From contig NC_079165.1 in the NCBI RefSeq assembly GCF_947568905.1, forward strand, positions 71,982,001-72,046,000: a stretch of DNA of 64,000 nt, read 5' to 3'. Shown here in pieces: positions 1-11,270 of the stretch. The DNA is from Ostrea edulis (taxonomy: Eukaryota). Both the position numbers and the translations under genes were made by a program. The notes under the pieces were generated by a model. The model was not told where the DNA came from. It did no database searches and worked only from the letters and a program-made list of their open reading frames with translations. Position 1 is the first letter of the stretch. Every line of letters begins with the position of its first letter.

Positions 1-129
1 TGCACTCGTTAAAATAAATGAAAGAAAAAAATTCTCTGTCTGTCTCGCTAACAAATACTTAAAGAATAGTTAAACATATAAAACAATAACTGAGAGAACA
101 CCCCAAACTTAAGAATTTAAAATTAATTT

Positions 130-1358
130 CCAGATTGGAGCATTGAAAAGTTAAATACTTACACTAACCTGCATAAAGTAGGAAAAGAGGAACTCTGTGG
201 CCTGTTGAGACACTTCTATACTGAAGTTCAAGAAGGGTGATCAAACTGAAGAGTATCACAAAAACACACCAAAATCCATAAGATCAGCTTTCAACAGACA
301 TCTGAATGATATTGGTCGAGATTTTGACATTGTTAGAGATAGAAATTTCAAATCAGCAAATGCCATCCTTGATGGCAAATTGAAACAAAACATGAAATCT
401 GGATTATCTCGGCCTACACAGCACAAAGCCGTTGTAAACAATAATGACTTGCTGAAAATCTCCGACTACCTTTCCACTATTGATAATCCCGTCATTTTGC
501 GTTATCGGGTCTGGTATGACCTTTCGCTCCATTTTGTGTCACGGGGGCTTGAGTTTCATCAACAGCTGATGACAAACTCATTTGAGTTTTTATATGATGA
601 GAATGACAGAGTGTATATGGTGATTTCCCATGAAACCAAGCAAAAGAATTGGCAAGGTGGTCTCGACACATCTGATACTCCACAGGATATAAGCGAATAT
701 ACTCAACCGGGGATGACAATTGTCCAGTTCGCACCCTACGACAACTTCTTCATGTCACAGACCCGAATGCCACATCATTATTCAATCACTGTTCCAAAGC
801 TGCAATGGCGTCTTCAAAATCAGAGAAAGTGTGGTTCACAGCTACAGTAAGCCTGTCAAAGCGTACCAGTTTTCGAAATTCATGTCTGACATATCTAGAA
901 ATTCTGGATGCTCTCAAAATTACACCGCACACTGTTTCCGAGCGACTGCAATTCAAACCCTTAACGATGATGGTTTTGAACCCCGACATATTATGTTCAT
1001 GAGTGGGCACCAGAACGAGGCGTCCGTACTCAGTCATTACAGGGATTGCAGTGACCATCAAAAGCAATGCCTTAGTAATTCACTAGCAAAACTTACAAGA
1101 CCCTCTGCAACAATCACTCGTCCCCCTGGAAACCGTACAAACCCTCAAAAGAACCATACTTGCCTGGTCTCTGATCGCACGACACATCATGCACATGTCC
1201 CACGCTTACCGTTCGTATCGACATCGAACATTGAGGTGAATGCCAGTTCCACTATAAAAAGTTCCAGCAATTTTCTATCTACAGGATTCATCTTTAAGTC
1301 ATCCTTTCAAAGCTGCACCTTTCAGATCACAGGGAACCCGTTTGTGAGTCAAAAGTAA
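130..1358 (+). mobile_element. Crypton-type tyrosine recombinase (DUF3504-like), frameshifted/decayed DNA transposon ORF
   Basis: ORFs 380..850 and 720..1358 join across frameshifts into one YR-like protein. Catalytic-type motifs: 'LHFVSRG' (R), 'YTAHCFRATAI' (HxxR), 'FMSGHQNEASVLSHY' (H...Y). Upstream 'FNRHLNDIGRDFDIVRDRNFKSANAILDGKLK'-type helix is typical of Crypton/DUF3504 proteins. Confidence 0.8.
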
Positions 1359-1879
1359 ACAGTTCGTGGAAGCCGCCATTTCCGATTTTCAGTTGATGTT
1401 TTCATAAATTACTACGCCAATTTCGAAGCGTCATATAATGTAGTTCAAGAGTAAATCTTTAATTGAACTCAAATTATATTATGTTTTATCATTCAAACTC
1501 AATGCTTTACATATTTAAATGATAAGGAATGAATATATTATCTTTTCGGTGGATGGAGGGATTCCACGAAGAAAAGACGGAAAACTGATGCGCGCAATGA
1601 TGCAGTTTTCAGTCTTTTTTATTTTTAGGTTTTATATACGCAGCTTGTTAATGTTATTGGTCGATAATTATTAGGATCTGAGTGATCCTTTCCATGTTTT
1701 GGAAGAGGAATAATTTTAGCCTGCGACCAGAAAGATTAAAAGTTGAAATCGCCCATAAGTAAGAAAGGGACTGGAAATTGCTGTATTAAACCTGTAAGTT
1801 CCCGAGATTGTAGTTGATAGTTTTGAGGAATATAAAATGTACACGTACACAGAACAAAGTTGATTTATGTAGCATTAAA

Positions 1880-2345
1880 TATATTATCAACTGCATATGG
1901 TGTTTATATCTCTCAACTCATTCGATACGCAAGGGCTTGTTTTGCGTATGGTAAGTTTTTAAATCGAGGCAGGCTACTGACAAACAAGTTGATGGTGAAG
2001 GAGTTTCAACAGATTTGTTTAAAGTCAGCATTTCGCAAATTCTATGGTCGTTATAACGATCTAGCGGCCAAACACAGCCTATCATTGGGTCAAATACTGT
2101 CTGGCGTGTTTCATACCGATTGTTGGACCGTTCTTGGCACACTGATTTTGACTACGGATAACTTCGTTTACCTGATGAAGATATAGGGCTCACGGTGGGT
2201 GTGACCTGTCAACAAGGGATGCCTACTCCTCCTAGGCATCTGATCCTACCTCTGGTATGTCCAGGGGTCCGAGTTCGTATAACTTCTAATTTTGTATTCC
2301 TTATACGAGTTATGAGAGTGATTACTACTCGTTACCGTTACATTT
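1880..2345 (+). mobile_element. Penelope-like retroelement 3' fragment (RT thumb C-terminus plus 3' UTR)
   Basis: Encodes 'AYGVYISQLIRYARAC..Y.KFLNRGRLLTNKLM...LKSAFRKFYGRYNDL', a PLE-type RT C-terminal region. It is followed by the UTR shared with about 11 other copies in the window. Confidence 0.7.
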
Positions 2346-2639
2346 TCATCCAGGATGTTTCCACGATCTTTCTATCTACATCGGTCCATGTTATGATCAA
2401 TATCAACCACTTGTATGTCTTGCCAAACGTGACCTTCTTTGTTGAAGTGCTCTGCTATAGGTTCATTCACACGTCTGGTTTTAATGGTTGATGAATGGTT
2501 GTTATTTCTAATTCTAATATTTGTAGTTTCCCAACATATTGTTGGCCACATTGTTTACATGTGATGATATATATCTCAATTGTTGGTTTTACAGAGAGTT
2601 GACACAATATTTCATAACTTTCGCCTGTAGCAAAACTTT

Positions 2640-2803
2640 GAAACGTTTTCGAATCCTGGCTTAAATTGCCCTACTGTTTTTCCCTAAAATAGCTCTAGCA
2701 ACTTTATTGTTATTTCGGTTTTCAAACATTTCGGTTGAGCATCATTGAAGAGACATTATTTGTCGAAATGCACATCTGGTGCATCAAAATTGGTACCGTA
2801 TCA
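2640..2803 (+). mobile_element. Degenerate solo copy of the hammerhead-containing retrozyme repeat
   Basis: TTGAGCATCA-TTGAAGA-GAC ATTATTT GTC-GAAA-TGCACA-TC-TGGTGCATCAA at 2735-2787, homologous to 44034-44086. It has a core C3>T change and a broken stem III palindrome. Confidence 0.75.
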
Positions 2804-2835
2804 GTGTTATATATGAGACTTTTTGTTGTCTTTAC

Positions 2836-3035
2836 CTTTTCACCATGGAGTCTTCCATATCTGCTTCATATTTGGATATTTTATTGAACATACATGTATA
2901 TTAGACGTTAATGGCAAACTAACAAGTTAACAAACCTTTTCACCGTGGAGTCTTCCATATCTGCTTCATATTTGGATATTTTATTGAACATACATGTATA
3001 TTAGACGTTAATGGCAAACTAACAAGTTAACAAAC
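2836..3035 (+). repeat. Tandem duplication (about 97 bp) of a PLE RT fragment
   Basis: 'ttttcacc(a/g)tggagtcttccatatctgcttcatatttggatattttattgaac...gacgttaatggcaaactaacaag' occurs twice. It translates to SASYLDILL..DVNGKLT and is homologous to the minus-strand RT segment near 40250-40345. Confidence 0.7.
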
Positions 3036-3082
3036 GCAGTAACTTCAGCTTCGTAGCAATATTTAAGGAATTACTGTATGCA

Positions 3083-3260
3083 AGGTGAAGATAACGAACG
3101 GTGATCAATCTCATAACTCCTATAAAGGTGAAGATAACGAACAGTGATCAATCTCATAACTCCTATAAAGGTGAAGATAACGAACAGTGATCAATCTCAT
3201 AACTCCTATAAAGGTGAAGATAACGAACAGTGATCAATCTCATAACTCCTACACGCCATA
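3083..3260 (-). repeat. 4x43-bp tandem array of the PLE 3' terminus
   Basis: Unit aaggtgaagataacgaacagtgatcaatctcataactcctata repeated four times. Confidence 0.9.
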
Positions 3261-3365
3261 CAAAATAGATATGAGGTGATTAAGTACAATGGAAAACGTG
3301 ATACTTTGCATACAAAATGTCATTCCATGCTAATTTCCATAGTCCCACCCAATGACCTGAAAGAT

Positions 3366-3597
3366 AATATTTTACTCATATGGAGAAGTCCCCATTGCCG
3401 GTGAAGGACTGAAAAATTTAGGTCTATGCTCGGCGCTTACGGCCTTTGAGCAGTGAGGTCTCTTTATCGTGCCATACCTGCTGTGACACAGGGTCTCGGT
3501 TTTTTGGGGTTCTCATCTAAACGACCGCCCAATTTAGTCGCCTCTTACAACAATCATGAGTACTGAGGACTTATTCTAACCCGGATCCCCACGGGAC
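3366..3597 (-). mobile_element. SINE-like dispersed repeat, copy 1 (possible Meta-domain SINE)
   Basis: About 230 bp matching 33700-33966, 39205-39455, 52855-52920 and 54770-54985. Core on minus: 'gggttagaataggtcctcagtac...tgtcgtaagaggcgactaaa'. Family assignment is inference. Confidence 0.6.
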
Positions 3598-4491
3598 TTT
3601 ATAAATTTGGATGAATTAATTCTTGTTACATACATGTACACGTTGTGTCTATAAACTGCGACTACAGTCGTAGTTTTCGTTCACATTAATTACTGTTTCT
3701 TCATTAACTACACAAACTATAGGTTGCCTGCTGAAAATGGATTCGTTCGAAAAGGTCGTCATCTTTACAATAATTAATCCTGCAGATAAAGCCCTCGACG
3801 CAAAATTTCTTAAATCATAAATACTTTCGTCGTCTGTTCGTTATGACTTTTTCACTGAACATTACTTCAAGAAGTTATGGGTACAACAACTACTCGTAGA
3901 CCGAGGTAATTCAAATGTAAAGTATTATAAACAGAAGTTAGCGGCTACTCTAACTGTTTTCATTTGAGAGGATTTTTTCAATTTATAAGCACAGGTCTAG
4001 TTAATCAGGATGTTTCATTCAGACCAGACCCAAGAAAAGAAAAAAATGTAGATATTATGTTTATTACAGTAATGAACAGGTTGGACATGGAACTGAATCT
4101 CCCTTTTCATATTTTAACATATCCAATAGTTTCACCTATCTATCACTCATAGGCACCATGTACTCCTAGTACCGAATATTGGTACATGAATTCACTGGTC
4201 AAAATATTTCACTATATTGTTACTTTGTAGCCCACCCTAGATTATAACTATGTCATAATTATTTTTATCAGACTTGGAGCACTAATTCATGATATTAGGA
4301 AACAATAGTTTCTTTGTTAAAAGTTAAGTAGGTAAAGATGTCGTTTTCAAATTTCAATTAAAAAGTGTTACATATAATATACATAAGCATCGTAGCTCCA
4401 AATTTAACACCTTGCGGAATATACAGTCATGCACATTTTACTTATGATTTTCATAAAAGATTGATCCAAATTTTAAAAGTAAGCTAAATTT

Positions 4492-5555
4492 AAAGTAGCT
4501 CATTGAACTAAAATTTTACTTAATGCCTCGTTAAAACGCCTCTTATGAAGTATTATTTCACCATCGAAAGAGTGATACAAGCTCTCAATTATTTTATATG
4601 ATTTTTTTTTTTTGTGTGTGATTTTTCCCGGAATGATAAAAAAGCGTTTAGTTTGCAAATAAGGGATTCTTGAGTCCAAATTTCGCTGTGATTTCGTGCA
4701 TGATATGAATATCTAATAAAACATGCCTAAAGGATTAAGATATAAACGTTCTAATTTGTTAGATAAAATATCTATGAAATATTTCTTAATATGTTTTAAA
4801 TCTACGGATAAAATCTTCAAAACACATATCAGTTAGAAAAGAGATATATCGAAGAAATATATTTTAAAAGGAAATTGAAACAAAATGACCAAATTTTAGG
4901 TACATGTATAATTACTATATTTAAACTGGAGAAAAAAGTACCGATCCCGATCAAAATTGATAGAAATCATATTGTTGCTAATTGTATGCACTGTTGATCA
5001 TGAAATTAGTTTCCTTTATAAATCCTTTTAATTTGTAAACCATTTTACATCAAGTTTTCTGATTACAATGTTCTCTATGGCTACTTTTTTATAATTCCGA
5101 TCGGGCTTGGTTCATATTAGAAAATTCGTAATATTTCTGAATTTTGACCATTTCATTTCAAGTTTTTTAAAATATATATATATATTTCTCTGATATATCG
5201 TTTTTCTAAATGACATGGTTTTTTTAAAGATTTTATCCGTAGATTTAAAAATTATTAGCAAATAACGTTTTCAATTTTCATAAATATTTTTTATTTAAAA
5301 AGTTGAGAGTCTATCCGAGTCGTTTAGGCATGTTTTCTTAGATATTCATATTATGCTTCAAATCACAGCGAAAGTTGGACTCTAGAGTATCTTATTTGCA
5401 AACAAAGTACCATTTTTATCATTCCGGGATAAATCACACAAAAAATTATATAAAATACTTTAAAGCTTGTATAACTTTTTCGATGGTGAAATCATACTTC
5501 ATAAGAGATGTTGTAACGAGCCATTATATAAAAATTTGGTGTAATGAGCTACCTT
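4492..5555. repeat. Long imperfect inverted repeat / foldback (MITE-like) element
   Basis: Arm of about 4492-4900 is the reverse complement of about 5140-5555. Examples: cttatgaagtattatttcaccatcgaaa vs tttcgatggtgaaatcatacttcataag; ttttaaatctacggataaaatctt vs aagattttatccgtagatttaaaa. Confidence 0.85.
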
Positions 5556-5628
5556 AATTGCAAGTCTATTAAAATTCTGTCTTAAATTGGAAATAAGCAC
5601 AATATATATGTATGATAATTCAGTCATT

Positions 5629-7180
5629 TTAACCGAAATTAAAATTTCCAATTTGTTTGGGCTGTTGTTTGGACTCGGTGGACTTTGTCTCTTTCAGTGT
5701 TGATTTCCTGTCCTCAAGCTCTTCAGCGGAAACATCCAGTATTGCTGAAGGTGTTCTCCTCAAATTAGGGTCTTGGGATGAAAACCTTTTCTCCGGTGGA
5801 TTTGTCTGCTCTTGTCTTGTAGATTTTCTCTCTTGTTTGGGGGATTCGAAAGATTTTGTTTCCTTCAACAAAGATTTTTTATTTTCTAGGTCTTTTGGAG
5901 ATATACCGAATAAAACAGAGGACTGCTTCCCAGATGTTGAATCCTGGCTTGCAGATTTATCGGCATTTGCTTTGATATTTCCATGTCCGTCATTTGAACC
6001 AATCTGAATTCTAGCGACATGCTTTCCTTCAACATCATTTTCTGAGTTTGATGAAACAATATTATTATTCGGTTCGTGCTTTGCAGATAAGTCACCCTTT
6101 GAAGAAACTGCTGTTCTGTTATTTTGATCTCCCTTATTTTCATTGCAACCCTGAACGACAGCTTTGTTTAGAAGTGCACCGTTTTGACTGATATATAATG
6201 CTGGCCAGACAACGAAGTCAACATGCGTTCCTTGATCCTGATATCCTCTGTGGCTGTCTTTGTCAAAAACTTCAAAATCTGCGCGAAGGTATAATGAAGG
6301 AGTTTGGATGCAAGCGTACCAGCAACATTCTAGACATCGATCCTGGTAAATTTGCAGTGCTGCAACCTGTTCCTTTTTGGGAAATTTCTGGAAATTGAAA
6401 CTTGTAAATTACAAAGTGATGGCAAATCAAATTGCTCAGTTTTACTGATAACAAAGATAAATTATCTGTGTGAAGGCTATAGTAAAATTAGAAGTATCAT
6501 TTTTACAGCTCAATGAGACTATTAGAATCCAACAGTATTTCACTCTCTAAGTTTTGACTAATCTTTCCAAAGAATCGTTAAATATGGCACTTACACGTTG
6601 AACGTGCGTCACCAGTTCTGGAGCAACGCTTTTAATGAAATCATTGAGCTTTGTCAGAGTAAGTTGGGACAACATTTTTGATGGATCCGTCTGAAAATGA
6701 AACACCATAATATAACATTACAAGGTCTTGTTTAGCAATAAAATTCTGAATAAAAAGAGACGTACCTCCACATCATCGAAACATAATAATGACGTCATTA
6801 GTCGTTTCCTCTGTTTCTCTGATTCCTTTTTGCAAAACTCGTAACAGTCCTTAAAATGAAAGAATTAAAATCAGTTTTCAAGTAAAACAATAAGACACAA
6901 ATAACTGATCTACAAACATTACAAATCGGTTGCGGATGGCACATTTTTAAATACTTAATGACATACCATAATGATATCCAGTAATCGTTTTATAATGGCA
7001 CGATCACTTTGGTCGCCGCCAGTCTTTGCCTCCAAACTGAGACATTCAAACGCATTTGTCCACTGATTGTCGTATATTTCGCTGAACATTTCTGAAAGCT
7101 TTTGTGGTCTTCTTGGATCACTAAGATCCGTAAATACCGAATGTCCCTCCATCAGTTTAGATCTTGCTTTTTCACTCTGT
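5629..7180 (-). CDS. Mieap/SPATA18-like C-terminal domain protein, paralog A (5' end unresolved)
   Basis: GT-AG exons: 7180-6967 (DLSDPRRPQKLSEMFSEIYDNQWTNAFECL), 6849-6766 (DCYEFCKKESEKQ), 6690-6595, and 6387-5629 (CWYACIQTP...FVVWPALYISQNGALLNKAVV plus a long low-complexity tail). All join in frame. The ORF track missed the start of the last exon. Confidence 0.8.
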
Positions 7181-7544
7181 CTAAAAGAGGAGTAGAATGA
7201 TAAAGAATAACGTTTTCTCCATCGCAGACTTTTTAATTTGTGTGGGAAGTAATTTTCAGATAACGATAACCTATATCGTCATCTAGTGCAGGTAATGCTC
7301 TCTATTCTGTGCTGGTTTACAAAATTTCAACTCGGTAAGATTGACAAAATAATTTCATCAACTTGCAGAGTATAGCCACACATCATCTGTTGCGCTGAGG
7401 ATATCTATACATTCAGCAATGCTGATGTTCAACTCCAAAAAATAATTTTAATGCCCTAAAAATTGATATAATTTATTGCAAATTTCTATATTTCGTGTGA
7501 ACAACATGGTTTTAGGGATTTTTTTAATTGAACTGTTCATTTAT

Positions 7545-7650
7545 GAAAAGGTGAAGATAAAGAACATTAATCAATCTCACACATGTAACTCCCATAACGA
7601 GTACAAAATAGAGAGTTGGGGAAACACGAACTCCTGGACACACCAGAGGT
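7545..7650 (-). mobile_element. Degenerate PLE 3' end
   Basis: tgaaaaggtgaagataaagaac...gggaaacacgaactcctggacacaccagaggtg matches the family terminus. Confidence 0.65.
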
Positions 7651-7721
7651 GTCTCAAAATGATTAAGAAAATCTAAATCCGCATTTAGTAATTGGGGATA
7701 GGATATAGTAACATTACATGT

Positions 7722-7775
7722 AAAACGTATACGGTACCAATTTTGATGCTCCAGATGCACATTTCGACAAATAAT
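7722..7775 (-). mobile_element. Truncated retrozyme/hammerhead remnant
   Basis: tatacggtaccaattttgatgctccagatgcacatttcgacaaataat matches the 3' half of the hammerhead repeat. The CUGANGA half is absent. Confidence 0.65.
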
Positions 7776-10039
7776 TCGACATGTAATACCAGTAAACGAA
7801 AAATACTAATTATCATAATGAAGATTGCGAGTCGTGGAAAATCTAGGCGGCAATCAAGGAACAATATGCACTTGTAAATACAAACGTCTTCAGGAAGTAC
7901 ATGAAATAATATCACATATACACCGTCTACTCACCTCACCAGGTCGTCTGCTCACCTCACCAGGTCGTCTGCTCTGGTCTTCTAACTATCCGCTCCTGTC
8001 TGCTCCCCGAACAACTTATTCAACTCGTCCCTATAATGTATGTAACGACAACGTACACAAATGTATATTTACATTTTTAGGAGTATAAATCTTGCATGTT
8101 GTAAAATCTAAGCCGTAATATTGTATCTGACAAACACAGTGATACTTTACACCTGACGTTGAAGATCGCCGACCTGTTGATAAAGATGTGTTTTATTTAT
8201 TACTGGCATTGACAGGTAAAATGTCGCTTCAAGGCTGTAGATACATATCTAGTAACAGGAAGAATAATTTTCTCTCTTAAATGGAATAGGTTTTATACCT
8301 TGGGCCCTCACTCTTGTAATCATGTCCGGTGATCACGTGCACTGTTTACCTCTACAACGCTAGTTTAATGCTAGTGATAAAAAAGTCGTAATAACACCAC
8401 ACTTTACTTTCTATTTCACTTATACTAATGCCTGTGCCTTCCTTGAATAAATTTATTCTTTCTATGATAATTCATTTTGATATAATCATTAATATGTTCA
8501 TTTAAATATCCTTAAGTTTACCAAATTCTATTTTCGTTTTGCACGCATTGCTCTGTGCGTGCTGCATATTAATACTTTGTACTCCATGCATAATATAAAC
8601 GACCGAGCTGTAGTCTGTAATACTTACGTTTTAGACAGCTAGATGCAGATTTCTTCTCCACGAAATATTGCTCTATATTTGTCGTCACCGTCGGTTGAAC
8701 TAGCTCCTCCTATCAAAAGGACTATGACTTCCTTATCAGTTATCTCTAGTACTTGCGTTTCGGGCCATTATCTAGGTTTCTTGGGACAGTAATGCAACTT
8801 CCTGTTATATTTCATTCCCTCTGCATATACCGCTGCTTTAATATTTAAATACCTGCGGGTTTGTCTTTATCTGCAACACCTCCGCATTAAAGATAAAAAT
8901 CACACAAACTTTGGAGATGTTCACGCATTGTATGGATGTACAAAATTTTACATGACTCAATATTTCAAATAAAAGGCACATGCTTTATATAAAAAAAATT
9001 ATACGATATAAATCCACCTTTCATGCATCCTTATGTGAAATTCTCGATAGGAACTGAAACACGCAAGTCATTTTACAATATAGTAAAAAGCTCTCTTTAA
9101 AAACACAACACTTTAAATCATAAAATAAAACATATTCATAACAAATATAGGTCTTACATGTTAACCATCATTCTAAAAGTATTCGGTAACAACAACGTAT
9201 CAGCTCCAACAATTAAATACATTGTTCATGAATTTACGAATATGATATTGTTTTCAAAACCGAGTTCAATTTTATAATACTGTAATGAAAATTTGAATGA
9301 AATATAATGATAAGTCATAGACTAGATATGATTTCAATCACCATGCGGCTGGACGAGACCCTTCTTTAATAATGGTCCGCCTTCATACAGTAATAGTGAT
9401 GGCCAGACATTGAACGCTACTCTTTTTCCTTTTCGAGTATACAGCCTTAAATGTTCGGATATCCTCTGATCTTCGTGGGCCCAGAGCAAGCACATAGGCG
9501 GATCCTGAATGTTGAAGAGCCATGATAATTCGATGCACATATTTGCGTATTTTATTAAACTTTCCTGGTGTAAATCAGCGTCAATTAATCTGGACAACTG
9601 TCGCTGTGTGAACATCTACAAAGGTGGGAAAACATGTCATAGTGCCAATATAGTGCCAATATACACATTTAAAAAAACGTTCAAAGACATTGATTTCTTT
9701 AGTTCGTGTTGACTTACCTTTTGTATTGAAGGAATGCTCAACACTCCGTGGTCTTTCCTGAACTCTTTCAAACCCTTTGAAGCTTCTTTTTGTAATTTGC
9801 TGGACACGTGAAGCTATGCCAAAAAAATACAAATACATTTTTAATGCTTTTACAAAATACATTTAACAGGGACAATACTTATATAGCAGTATACATGTGT
9901 TGCCGACGTACACGTACAAGTACAGTATTATGAGGAAAATACAGGTCACGTATCCACTCCGGTACGCATAACAAGACAATTACCCTGCACTCGTTAGGCA
10001 GAATAGATCACCCACTCCGTTAGGCAAAAATGGACACAT

Positions 10040-11270
10040 ACACTCCGATAGGCAGACTATGGCATTTGCCCACTCCGGTACGCAGACTATATCATTTACT
10101 TTCTACGGTACGCAGACTATGTCATTTACTTACTACGGTACGCAGACTATGTCATTTACTTACTACGGTACGCAGACTATATCATTTACTTACTACGGTA
10201 CGCAGACTATATCATCTCCTTACTATGGTATGCAGACTATGTCATTTACTTACTACGGTACGCAGACTATATCATTTACTTACTACGGTACGCAGACCAT
10301 GTCATCTACTTACTACAGTACGCAGACTATGTCATTTACTTACTACGGTACGCAGACTATATCATTTACTTACTACGGTACGCAGACTATATCATCTCCT
10401 TACTATGGTATGCAGACTATGTCATTTACTTACTACGGTACGCAGACTATATCATTTACTTACTACGGTACGCAGACCATGTCATCTACTTACTACAGTA
10501 CGCAGACTATGTCATTTACTTACTACGGTACGCAGACTATATCATTTACTTACTACGGTACGCAGACTATATCATCTCCTTACTATGGTATGCAGACTAT
10601 GTCATTTACTTACTACGGTACGCAGACTATATCATTTACTTACTACGGTACGCAGACCATGTCATCTACTTACTACAGTACGCAGACTATGTCATTTACT
10701 TACTACGGTACGCAGACTATATCATTTACTTACTACGGTACGCAGACTATGTCATTTACTTACTACGGTATGCAGACTATGTCATTTACTTACTACATTT
10801 ACGCAGACTATATCATTTACTTACTACGGTACGCAGACTATATCATCTCCTTACTATGGTATGCAGACTATGTCATTTACTTACTACATTTACGCAGACC
10901 ATGTCATTTACTTACTACGGTACGCAGACTATATCATTTATTTACTACAGCACGAAGACTATGTCATTTACTTACTACAGTACGCAGACTATGTCATTTA
11001 CTTACTACGGTACGCAGACTATATCATTTACTTACTACGGTACGCAGACTATATCATCTCCTTACTATGGTATGCAGGCTATGTCATTTACTTACTACGG
11101 TACGCAGACTATATCATTTACTTACTACAGTACGCAGACTATGTCATTTACTTACTACGGTACTCAGAATATGTCATTTACTTACTACGGTACGCAGAAT
11201 ATATCATCTACTTACTACGGTACACATACTATATCATTTACTTAATTACTACAGTATGCCGACTATGTCA
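10040..11270. repeat. 30-bp minisatellite (about 41 units) with a 180-bp higher-order repeat, intronic in paralog B
   Basis: Unit tactacggtacgcagactat(g/a)tcatttact. Blocks 10141-10320, 10321-10500 and 10501-10680 are identical six-unit higher-order repeats. Confidence 0.95.

Noticed and set aside
2170-2200. CTGATGA in the PLE 3' UTR as a possible hammerhead
   Set aside because: Other copies read CTGATCA, and no stem II, GAAA or stem III follows.
5657-6398. Plus-strand ORFs 5657..6007 and 6198..6398, and minus ORF 5886..6143
   Set aside because: They are antisense or off-frame shadows of the long terminal exon of paralog A.
8640-8770. Possible further upstream exon of paralog A ending in gtaagt
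   Set aside because: No frame was both open and similar to the paralogs' N-termini.
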